A DNA stretch of 24,394 nucleotides, taken from positions 1 through 24,394 of IMG/VR virus record IMGVR_UViG_3300046000_011168. One strand, 5' to 3'. The notes below the pieces were generated by a model, which was not told where the DNA came from, did not search any database, and saw only the letters and a list, made by a program, of their open reading frames with translations. This DNA is from a virus (Duplodnaviria; Caudoviricetes). This document shows positions 1-5,738 of the stretch, piece after piece. Numbering within the stretch: the stretch's first letter is position 1; every line of letters starts with the position of its first letter. The translations under genes and the position numbers were made by a program.

Positions 1-481
1 AGTCTGGAACAGAAGTGTCAAGAGTGCCTTGACGCACGCTCCACGCACGTTCATACCCAGCATTCTTCACCGCCTGTACAACTTCGTTGTTATAGGCTCC
101 GTATGGATAGGCAAAATATCTACAAGGAAACGGTGGAGTAATTTCTTGAATTAACTGCTGACGAGACACTTTAGTAAGGTCTGGATGGTTCCAGGTGTGC
201 CAACCAATCTCAAAATTATACTCGTTACAAATCTCTTGTACCTGCTCTAGCGTGCAGTAGCGCTCTAGTGCTGGCACATATTCAAGGTCAAAAGAGTTGT
301 CTCGACCTAGATAGTTACCCATTACAAACATAATACCAGACTTACCGGCTAGTATATCACGATTTTCGTACACATTGAGATAGATACCGTCAAAACCTAT
401 TTCGTCGTGACAAGCAGCTATCTCTTCTCGAGTATGGTAGTTCGAATGTTTGTGTGTTCCAATATTATGGGCTAACTTCAT
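1..481 (-). CDS. Polysaccharide deacetylase, NodB/CE4 family (3' end truncated by window edge)
   Basis: Not in the ORF track. Manual translation from ATG at 481: MKLAHNIGTHKHSNYHTREEIAACHDEIGFDGIY...EIGWHTWNHPDLTK...YFAYPYGAYN...AGYERAWSV. The FDG, HTxxHPDL and FAYPYG motifs match CE4 deacetylases; the frame is open to the edge. Confidence 0.85.
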   Translation of the reverse strand, partial: MKLAHNIGTHKHSNYHTREEIAACHDEIGFDGIYLNVYENRDILAGKSGIMFVMGNYLGRDNSFDLEYVPALERYCTLEQVQEICNEYNFEIGWHTWNHPDLTKVSRQQLIQEITPPFPCRYFAYPYGAYNNEVVQAVKNAGYERAWSVRQGTLDTSVPD

Positions 482-950
482 AAAGAGTCAATTCTTGGTG
501 TAGGGTGTCACGATAACTAAAGTTACATTGTGTTAGTATAGTTCCAAAACTATATGGAAGCAACCAATCTTTAATGCCAGATACTAGCACAAGTCGAGAA
601 GCACTAGCCCGTATCCAAGAAGCGATTAGTACATGGTCATATTCTCGATAGAGTGTACCAGTAGTGATGACAAGGTCGTAGCGACCGTCAGGAACTTGCA
701 CCCGACGAATATTAGATGCTAGTCGCGCGGCAGCCTTGTCAGATATCTCTATGCCATCAATACTAGCTGCGGGAAGGTCTTCTGTAATATACCCTTCACC
801 ACAACCAATATCGAGAGCACGCTGAAAAGGTGCGTATGGTTGTAGGGTCTGAAGTATAGTTAGTTTACGATGGGCATCATCAGGAGTACTGCGATAGCCC
901 CAAGGGTCTTCTTTAAGATACCAAGCTTCAAACCAACTTTTTTCAAACAT
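465..950 (-). CDS. Class I SAM-dependent methyltransferase, NodS-like
   Basis: SAM-binding motif ALDIGCGEG; N-terminal EDPWGY motif typical of NodS-like proteins; YDLVITTGTLY. Confidence 0.8.
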   Translation of the reverse strand: MFEKSWFEAWYLKEDPWGYRSTPDDAHRKLTILQTLQPYAPFQRALDIGCGEGYITEDLPAASIDGIEISDKAAARLASNIRRVQVPDGRYDLVITTGTLYREYDHVLIASWIRASASRLVLVSGIKDWLLPYSFGTILTQCNFSYRDTLHQELTLYEVSP

Positions 951-961
951 GCTTTATCCTT

Positions 962-1037
962 TGGCTGGGAATCAGGGATTCGAACCCCAAACCTGCGGTA
1001 CCAAAAACCGTTGCTCTGCCAATTGAGCTAATTCCCA
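962..1037 (-). tRNA. tRNA-Gln(UUG)
   Basis: TGGGAAT/ATTCCCA acceptor stem, anticodon loop TTTTGGT, GGTTCGAATCC T-arm, encoded CCA. Confidence 0.93.
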
Positions 1038-1038
1038 G

Positions 1039-1112
1039 TGGTGCCGCTAGAGAGAATCGAACTCCCGTCGGCGCATTACTAATGCGCTGCTAAACCACTC
1101 AGCTATAGCGGC
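1039..1112 (-). tRNA. tRNA-Thr(AGU)
   Basis: GCCGCTA/TAGCGGC acceptor; anticodon arm GCGCA-TTAGTAA-TGCGC gives anticodon AGT; GTTCGATTC T-loop; encoded CCA. Confidence 0.92.
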
Positions 1113-1117
1113 AATCT

Positions 1118-1192
1118 TGGAGCGGGTAGCCGGCATCGAACCGGTCCTCTCTAGCTTGGAAGGCTAGGGCACATCCTCTATACCATACCCGC
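1118..1192 (-). tRNA. tRNA-Gly(UCC)
   Basis: GCGGGTA/TACCCGC acceptor, U73, anticodon arm CTAGC-CTTCCAA-GCTAG, encoded CCA. Confidence 0.93.
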
Positions 1193-1205
1193 TTAATTCT
1201 TTTCA

Positions 1206-1234
1206 AGAATAACACAAATAATACGTGATAGCAA
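1206..1234 (-). promoter_or_regulatory. Sigma70-like promoter for the Gly-Thr-Gln tRNA group
   Basis: TTGCTA-17 nt-TATTCT with a TGn extension and an upstream T-tract. Confidence 0.55.
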
Positions 1235-1242
1235 GAAAAAAA

Positions 1243-1773
1243 TTATGCTAAGCTCTCATCGAGCTGAAGCCATTGAGACCAACTGTCGTGACGCAGATTA
1301 AAGGGTAACTGTTTACGCTTGCGCACTAACTCGTAGTATCCAGGCTTGTACGGAGCATAATTTGGCTTCATACCAAGACTGTTACCTTTTCGCATATTGC
1401 AAGGAGAACACGCGGTAACAATGTTTTCCCAGTTAGTACGTCCACCCCGTGATAATGGCAGTACGTGGTCAAGCGTACCGCTGTTATTATTTACTGCGGT
1501 TCCGCAATACAGACAGTGATACTGGTCCCGCAAAAAGACATTCGTCTTTGAGAATCTAACCTCTGTTGCTCTACGTAAATAGTCTTTTAACATGATGACG
1601 GCAGGCACACGAGTTTCCCAATGCGCACTATGCACAACCCAATTGTCGTACCATTCCATAACATCACACTTGTCATGATACATATAGAGAATGGCTTCTT
1701 TCCAAGAGACTACACTAAGAGGTACGACGCTCACCGGTAGCCCATCTGCGTTAATTACTAGCGTGTCTGACAT
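1243..1773 (-). CDS. HNH endonuclease (McrA-like family)
   Basis: FLRDQYHCLYCG...TLDHVLPLSRGGRTNWENIVTACSPCNMRKG; N-terminal LVINADGLP typical of this family. Confidence 0.92.
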   Translation of the reverse strand: MSDTLVINADGLPVSVVPLSVVSWKEAILYMYHDKCDVMEWYDNWVVHSAHWETRVPAVIMLKDYLRRATEVRFSKTNVFLRDQYHCLYCGTAVNNNSGTLDHVLPLSRGGRTNWENIVTACSPCNMRKGNSLGMKPNYAPYKPGYYELVRKRKQLPFNLRHDSWSQWLQLDESLA

Positions 1774-1780
1774 GATAATT

Positions 1781-1948
1781 CTATGAGGGCTTTTTCATAC
1801 TTTTTGCAGCTAAATACGTTGGATAGTGCATTGCCGCTAATACAGATAAGTAAACACTCGCTTCGTCGGTTTTTCGAGCGACTAGAGAGCGTATATATAG
1901 ACGCTTATAGTGCTCTAGTAAATCAACTAAGATGTTTGCGGTTTCCAT
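1781..1948 (-). CDS. Small hypothetical protein (55 aa)
   Basis: Manual ORF METANILVDLLEHYKRLYIRSLVARKTDEASVYLSVLAAMHYPTYLAAKSMKKPS; fills the gap between co-directional genes. Confidence 0.5.
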   Translation of the reverse strand: METANILVDLLEHYKRLYIRSLVARKTDEASVYLSVLAAMHYPTYLAAKSMKKPS

Positions 1949-2087
1949 TAATTCTCTCTAATACACCTAGTTTTTCTAGGTCACTCATTCCTAACCAGCG
2001 TGATATCTCATCACGCGTACGGTAACACCCTACACAAATATCACGACTATTAAGGTGACAAACTTTAATACAAGGGCTAGAAATCAA
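1923..2087 (-). CDS. DUF1289-family small Cys-rich protein
   Basis: SPCIKVCHLNSRDICVGCYRTRDEISRW motif. Likely TTG start at 2087; the longer track ORF overlaps the phosphatase. Confidence 0.8.
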   Translation of the reverse strand: MISSPCIKVCHLNSRDICVGCYRTRDEISRWLGMSDLEKLGVLERINGNRKHLS

Positions 2088-2532
2088 CTGAGGTGGGCGT
2101 TTGTTTCGGCGCAACTTGAAATACCTGTAATCCAGCCTCTCGCCACATTTCAACGGAGAGTGGATTGTCCTCAAAAACTGCTTCGGGAGAATATCCATCA
2201 CGACGAATGCAGTCAAGTAGTATACGTTTAATCTGATAGTTGCGTAGATACTCTTCACTACGCTGACGCATATACAAATCGTGAGCCGGAATACTTTGAC
2301 TCTGAAGCCACTGAATTGTCAAGTTACGGCATCGCTCTGGACGCCCCGTACAAAGTACGATACGGTGACCTGCTGCATCAAGGGCTTTAAGAATAGCGAC
2401 CGCAGAAGCAATAGGAGGGTCTTCTACTAAGAGGCTATAGTAAAGCTCCCAATCCTTATGAGGACCATGAATAAGGTGTTCTCTATGTGAACTATTACTA
2501 AGTGTATCGTCTATATCGAATATATAGTCCAT
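2077..2532 (-). CDS. HAD-family phosphatase resembling the 3'-phosphatase domain of T4 polynucleotide kinase (PseT)
   Basis: FDIDDTL, LCTGR, LYMR, VFEDNP and MWREAGLQVFQVA motifs. Confidence 0.85.
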   Translation of the reverse strand: MDYIFDIDDTLSNSSHREHLIHGPHKDWELYYSLLVEDPPIASAVAILKALDAAGHRIVLCTGRPERCRNLTIQWLQSQSIPAHDLYMRQRSEEYLRNYQIKRILLDCIRRDGYSPEAVFEDNPLSVEMWREAGLQVFQVAPKQTPTSVDF

Positions 2533-2565
2533 GTGAGACTCTAAAAAGTTAAGGAAATAGAAAGT

Positions 2566-2641
2566 TGGTGGACCCGAGGAGACTTGAACTCCTAGCCGCT
2601 TGCTTGCAGGGCAAATGCTCTCCCAGTTGAGCTACGGGCCC
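2566..2641 (-). tRNA. tRNA-Ala(UGC)
   Basis: GGGCCCG/CGGGTCC acceptor with G3:U70; anticodon loop CCTGCAA (C33 rather than U33); encoded CCA. Confidence 0.9.
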
Positions 2642-2654
2642 TCTGTATAAAAAA

Positions 2655-2778
2655 TGCGGCAGGTGCGGTATCTGGCGTTTTATGAGAACGCTTGCCCATG
2701 CTCCTTTTACAGTTTGGCCAAACTGCTCTAAACATATGCCTATGATCACTTGGCTTGTCCAGACTTTCCTTACCGCAC
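2655..2778 (-). ncRNA. Candidate structured ncRNA between tRNA-Trp and tRNA-Ala
   Basis: Closing helix GTGCGGTA/TACCGCAC, inner helix TCTGG/CCAGA, hairpin GCAGTTT-GGCC-AAACTGT and an anticodon-like hairpin GCGTT-CTCATAA-AACGC. Confidence 0.55.
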
Positions 2779-2781
2779 TAT

Positions 2782-2856
2782 TGGCATCAGTGGAAGGAAT
2801 CGAACCCTCTACGCGCGGTTTTGGAGACCGCCGCTCTACCATTGAGCTACACTGAT
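2782..2856 (-). tRNA. tRNA-Trp(CCA)
   Basis: ATCAGTG/CACTGAT acceptor, G73, anticodon arm GCGGT-CTCCAAA-ACCGC, encoded CCA. Confidence 0.93.
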
Positions 2857-2857
2857 A

Positions 2858-3220
2858 TTAACCAGCGCTACGAGTGATGAAGTTGACTCGAACCTTCTTA
2901 GGGTTGAAGTACTTACGAATGAGATCCTCTGCAATCTTCACATCAACAGTCTTACAAGAGAAGATGTCAATGTAGGCATCACCATTTATATCGACAAAGT
3001 GGGCAGTAATGCTGCTAGTCTCAATCAACTGAGTAGCGGTAATACCAGCTTTATCCGGCTCGTGAGTAGCAAAGTGTTGGATTTGCGGCTCTCCGAATGC
3101 TATCATGTCGATAGCCGGGACGAGTTCTTTAATAAAATTATAAACGTTTTCTTCACTTGTGACTTTTTCGATATCGCAAGCAGCGCAATCAAACATTGCG
3201 TGGTATCCCCAGTATGACAT
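2858..3220 (-). CDS. speD: S-adenosylmethionine decarboxylase proenzyme (phage SpeD-like)
   Basis: WGYHAMFDC, GITATQLIETSSITAHF (pyruvoyl cleavage region) and AYIDIFSCK motifs. Confidence 0.85.
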   Translation of the reverse strand: MSYWGYHAMFDCAACDIEKVTSEENVYNFIKELVPAIDMIAFGEPQIQHFATHEPDKAGITATQLIETSSITAHFVDINGDAYIDIFSCKTVDVKIAEDLIRKYFNPKKVRVNFITRSAG

Positions 3221-3221
3221 A

Positions 3222-3422
3222 TTAAATACTCCTAAGTTGTTTTAAATTCCACGCTTCTTCAAACCCATCCTCGTGGTAGACGGCTTCGTGATTACCCCAT
3301 AGCCTAAAAAAATAGGACTTATGCATATCAACGATAGATTGTTCACTCCAGCTATCAGGAATTAGATGGCCTTTTACAATCCAGTGTAGGCGATTAGCTT
3401 CTTTTAGTTCTTCTGTACTCAT
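3222..3422 (-). CDS. Hypothetical protein
   Basis: 66-aa ORF abutting speD, directly downstream of a promoter. Confidence 0.7.
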   Translation of the reverse strand: MSTEELKEANRLHWIVKGHLIPDSWSEQSIVDMHKSYFFRLWGNHEAVYHEDGFEEAWNLKQLRSI

Positions 3423-3427
3423 AGCTT

Positions 3428-3456
3428 ATATTAACACAAGTAGAGTTCTGTGTCAA
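3428..3456 (-). promoter_or_regulatory. Sigma70-like promoter (probably leaderless transcript)
   Basis: TTGACA-17 nt-TAATAT with TGn; the ATG lies 5 nt after the -10 box. Confidence 0.7.
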
Positions 3457-3471
3457 ACAAAAAATTAAAAG

Positions 3472-3548
3472 TGGTGCCCCAGGAGAGATTCGAACTCCCG
3501 ACTTTCGGTTTACAAAACCGCTACTCTGGCCAGCTGAGTTACTAGGGC
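3472..3548 (-). tRNA. tRNA-Thr(UGU)
   Basis: GCCCTAG/CTGGGGC acceptor, anticodon loop TTTGTAA, encoded CCA. Confidence 0.93.
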
Positions 3549-3555
3549 AAAATTA

Positions 3556-3630
3556 TGGTAGGAGCATAAGGAATTGAACCTCATCTTTAAGCGTTATGAG
3601 CGCCACGTGCAACCTTCACACCCTACTCCC
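3556..3630 (-). tRNA. tRNA with CAU anticodon (Ile2 or elongator Met); 5' end overlaps the HNH gene
   Basis: GGGAGTA/TGCTCCT acceptor, loop CTCATAA, T-arm GAGGTTCAATTCCTT, encoded CCA; no initiator features. Confidence 0.82.
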
Positions 3631-4242
3631 TTTACTAACGTTACAACTTCTGCATAATAATTGAATGTTATCTACAGTAGTTGTTCCCCCTTTAGAAAAA
3701 GGGATAATATGGTCTAAATGTAAATTTTGACCATAATCAATGTTGTGGTCTAAATTATCGTAACCACAATATACACATTTGTTACCGAACTTATTAAAAA
3801 TAAACTCTATTTCTGATTGAGATAAGCTTCTGTCTAACTTTCTATCTCTTTTTCGCACTCTAGAATTTTGAGCTTCTGGAGTTCTGTCATAGTAATTTTT
3901 TTGCTCTTTATTGTGACAAACTCTACAAGACCCCATAAGTCCGTCTAAATTTGTATTATTAACGCCAAAATCACTTATATCTTTTACGCAATCACATTTT
4001 TTACAATACTTTTTATTTATAGATCGTAAAAGGTACGATATAAAATTTTGTCTATCTCTTCTATCTGGAAATAACTTTTTTACTAGACTAGTAGTTTTTG
4101 TCGGGCTTAGAACTAAGTTATCTGACAATTTTCCCGGTTGTAGCAACGCTTCAACAAATAAAAGTTTAGAAAACGGCATATCTAAAAAACAAATGTTTTC
4201 TAGTGCTAACAATAAATGTTTTTTTAGCTCAGCCTCATTCAT
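3616..4242 (-). CDS. Free-standing HNH homing endonuclease
   Basis: CKKC..CRVC zinc module; C-terminal CVYCG...LHLDHIIPFSKGGTTTVDNIQLLCRSCNVSKG; visibly more AT-rich than its neighbours. Confidence 0.9.
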   Translation of the reverse strand: MNEAELKKHLLLALENICFLDMPFSKLLFVEALLQPGKLSDNLVLSPTKTTSLVKKLFPDRRDRQNFISYLLRSINKKYCKKCDCVKDISDFGVNNTNLDGLMGSCRVCHNKEQKNYYDRTPEAQNSRVRKRDRKLDRSLSQSEIEFIFNKFGNKCVYCGYDNLDHNIDYGQNLHLDHIIPFSKGGTTTVDNIQLLCRSCNVSKGSRV

Positions 4243-4254
4243 GGTATATTTTTA

Positions 4255-4285
4255 CGCTCTGCATTAACCGTTATGCTACAGGCCC
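4255..4285 (-). pseudogene. 5' half-tRNA remnant (Ile-like) interrupted at the anticodon loop
   Basis: GGGCCTG-TA-GCAT-AACGGTTA-ATGC-A-GAGCG gives an acceptor strand, intact D-arm and the 5' anticodon stem, then breaks into the HNH leader. Confidence 0.75.
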
Positions 4286-4432
4286 TCATTTACTTTTTAG
4301 TTCATAGAGACGGTCTGGTATCCAACGCATTACAGACAGCTCATCGTCAGTTGGATCTTTTAGAGTTTTTAAATATTGCAACGTGAGTTGCAATCCAGCG
4401 ATTTCAGCATAGTCTAAACTAGTTTTGCACAT
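4286..4432 (-). CDS. Small hypothetical protein (48 aa)
   Basis: Manual ORF MCKTSLDYAEIAGLQLTLQYLKTLKDPTDDELSVMRWIPDRLYELKSK with GAGAGG RBS. Confidence 0.65.
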   Translation of the reverse strand: MCKTSLDYAEIAGLQLTLQYLKTLKDPTDDELSVMRWIPDRLYELKSK

Positions 4433-4448
4433 TTAAACCTCTCTAAAA

Positions 4449-4542
4449 TGGTAGTCCTGGTAGGATTCGAACCTACGACGCTCTCTAATCTGGAGACGAT
4501 GCCGAGTATAAGCCGGGTGTTTTACCACTAAACTACAGGACC
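4449..4542 (-). tRNA. tRNA-Ile(UAU) with an unusually long variable arm (94 nt)
   Basis: GGTCCTG/CAGGACT acceptor, loop CTTATAC (anticodon TAT), 24-nt variable region, GTAGGTTCGAATCCTAC T-arm, encoded CCA. Confidence 0.8.
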
Positions 4543-4547
4543 GAATT

Positions 4548-4630
4548 TGGTGCCCGCAGCCGGACTCGAACCGGCACGCACCAGCGAGGGTTTTTAAGAC
4601 CCTTGTGTCTACCTATTCCACCATGCGGGC
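4548..4630 (-). tRNA. tRNA-Leu(UAA)
   Basis: GCCCGCA/TGCGGGC acceptor, anticodon arm AGGGT-CTTAAAA-ACCCT, short class II variable arm, encoded CCA. Confidence 0.93.
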
Positions 4631-4636
4631 AATCTG

Positions 4637-4713
4637 TGGTCGGAGTGACAGGATTTGAACCCACGACATCCTGGTCCCAAACCAGGCGCTCTACCAAGCT
4701 GAGCTACACTCCG
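4637..4713 (-). tRNA. tRNA-Pro(UGG)
   Basis: CGGAGTG/CACTCCG acceptor, anticodon arm CCTGG-TTTGGGA-CCAGG, encoded CCA. Confidence 0.95.
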
Positions 4714-4727
4714 AATCTATTATTTTT

Positions 4728-4841
4728 TGGTGTCCCACTTTCTCCAGCCGTACACTCCAGCACGGCGAGCCATTTTAGGGTTACACCTGCGCAACCGCAA
4801 ATCTTCACAGTCTTTACGACTAGCGTAGTATAATGCGGGCC
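4728..4841 (-). ncRNA. Candidate CCA-ending, non-cloverleaf structured RNA (114 nt)
   Basis: GGCCCGC...GTGGGAC-ACCA acceptor-like closure enclosing three hairpins; no T-psi-C arm. Confidence 0.55.
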
Positions 4842-4868
4842 ATTTTTTCATATCATTCTCCATAACTC

Positions 4869-4944
4869 TGGCGCTCCCGGCAGGACTCGAACCTGCGGCC
4901 TGCCGCTTAGAAGGCGGTTGCTCTATCCGCTGAGCTACGGAAGC
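4869..4944 (-). tRNA. tRNA-Arg(UCU)
   Basis: GCTTCCG/CGGGAGC acceptor, anticodon loop CTTCTAA, encoded CCA. Confidence 0.94.
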
Positions 4945-5156
4945 TATTTCTTAGCTGCAAACACAAACGCTACTACAAAAGCAACAATAAAAGAAATTGC
5001 TGCCGGAATCCAGATTGGGCTTAGCACCCACCACCAACTCCAAGCAATTGTGCCTGTCAGCTTAAGGTAGATGAAGAGCAGCGCCAAGGCCGGCAGAAAA
5101 ACTCCGTTTTTATCTATATTTATAGTATATGTCAGTTTGTTGAGATTGTCAAACAT
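4944..5156 (-). CDS. Small membrane protein
   Basis: Two hydrophobic segments flanking LKLTGTIAWSWWWVLSPIW, a motif common in phage membrane proteins. Confidence 0.75.
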   Translation of the reverse strand: MFDNLNKLTYTINIDKNGVFLPALALLFIYLKLTGTIAWSWWWVLSPIWIPAAISFIVAFVVAFVFAAKK

Positions 5157-5398
5157 TAATTTACCTCAAGTATCTTCAGAGACAGTGGTTGAACTTGCTT
5201 TCCGACGAACTCAAACCCCCAAGCCCCAGATTCAAGTTCCTTGAAAGCTCGAACAAGGTCTTGATGCTTACAAGGATTGCGCGCGGGACACGAGCATCGC
5301 TTACCGCTCACTCGATAGACTGCAATAGGCTCTCGATAATCGTCATCAAAGTTTGAGACTTGAAATACGTCTTTGAATATCTCACGCACGGTATACAT
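5156..5398 (-). CDS. SWIM-type zinc-finger protein
   Basis: CSCPARNPCKH (CxC...CxH). Confidence 0.65.
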   Translation of the reverse strand: MYTVREIFKDVFQVSNFDDDYREPIAVYRVSGKRCSCPARNPCKHQDLVRAFKELESGAWGFEFVGKQVQPLSLKILEVN

Positions 5399-5421
5399 CT
5401 ATTGCCCTCTGTTGATAATCT

Positions 5422-5450
5422 ATATTACGATAAAACACAGAATAGTGCAA
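5422..5450 (-). promoter_or_regulatory. Sigma70-like promoter heading the tRNA region
   Basis: TTGCAC-17 nt-TAATAT immediately after a terminator. Confidence 0.6.
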
Positions 5451-5453
5451 GAG

Positions 5454-5490
5454 AAAAATAAAGGTGTGAGCACCGAGTACTCACACCTTT
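5454..5490 (-). terminator. Rho-independent terminator
   Basis: AAAGGTGTGAG/CTCACACCTTT inverted repeat followed by TATTTTT on the minus strand. Confidence 0.8.
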
Positions 5491-5730
5491 ATGGTTGTGC
5501 CTACTGCACAGTAGGACTTCATCAGAGGTCAACCACTTCTCCTAAAACTACTTTAGTGCTGGGTGAGTTTAGCGACCCTGAGCAGTTTTGCTGTTTACCT
5601 GATTACTGCTAACAGGCCCCTCACACTTAGCCTTGCTAAGCCTAGAGAGTTGAGTGTAAAAGCTGCCCCGCCCATCCGCACTTTTACGAGACTGTTCACA
5701 CGCGCTAGCATTATTAACAGTCTTACCAAT
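5491..5730 (-). ncRNA. Candidate large structured ncRNA (about 240 nt)
   Basis: Intergenic stretch without a credible ORF, tiled by six or seven consecutive hairpins and ending at a terminator. Confidence 0.55.
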
Positions 5731-5738
5731 CCACAAAC

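Noticed and set aside
2655-2778. RNase P RNA, because AGGAAAGUCUGGAC resembles the conserved GAGGAAAGUCC
   Set aside because: Far too short, no P2/P3 before the motif, and the 3' partner lacks the GGCUU needed for P4.
2549-2842. 97-aa minus-strand ORF
   Set aside because: It is the translation of tRNA-Trp, the structured spacer and tRNA-Ala.
3556-4285. Group I intron in the tRNA anticodon loop
   Set aside because: No room for intron core helices around the HNH ORF, and the orphan 5' acceptor strand cannot pair with the 3' acceptor strand.
4603-4833. 76-aa plus-strand ORF
   Set aside because: Antisense to tRNA-Leu and tRNA-Pro.
5491-5535. Hammerhead ribozyme or fluoride riboswitch (CUGAUGA..UCCUAC)
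   Set aside because: No GAAA after stem II for a hammerhead and no 5' GGNGAUG element for a fluoride riboswitch.
5560-5625. c-di-GMP-I riboswitch or tmRNA fragment (GGUAAAC-A-GCAAAAC; GGGGCC)
   Set aside because: The GNRA-capped stem is missing; there is no T-arm, CCA or tag reading frame for tmRNA.
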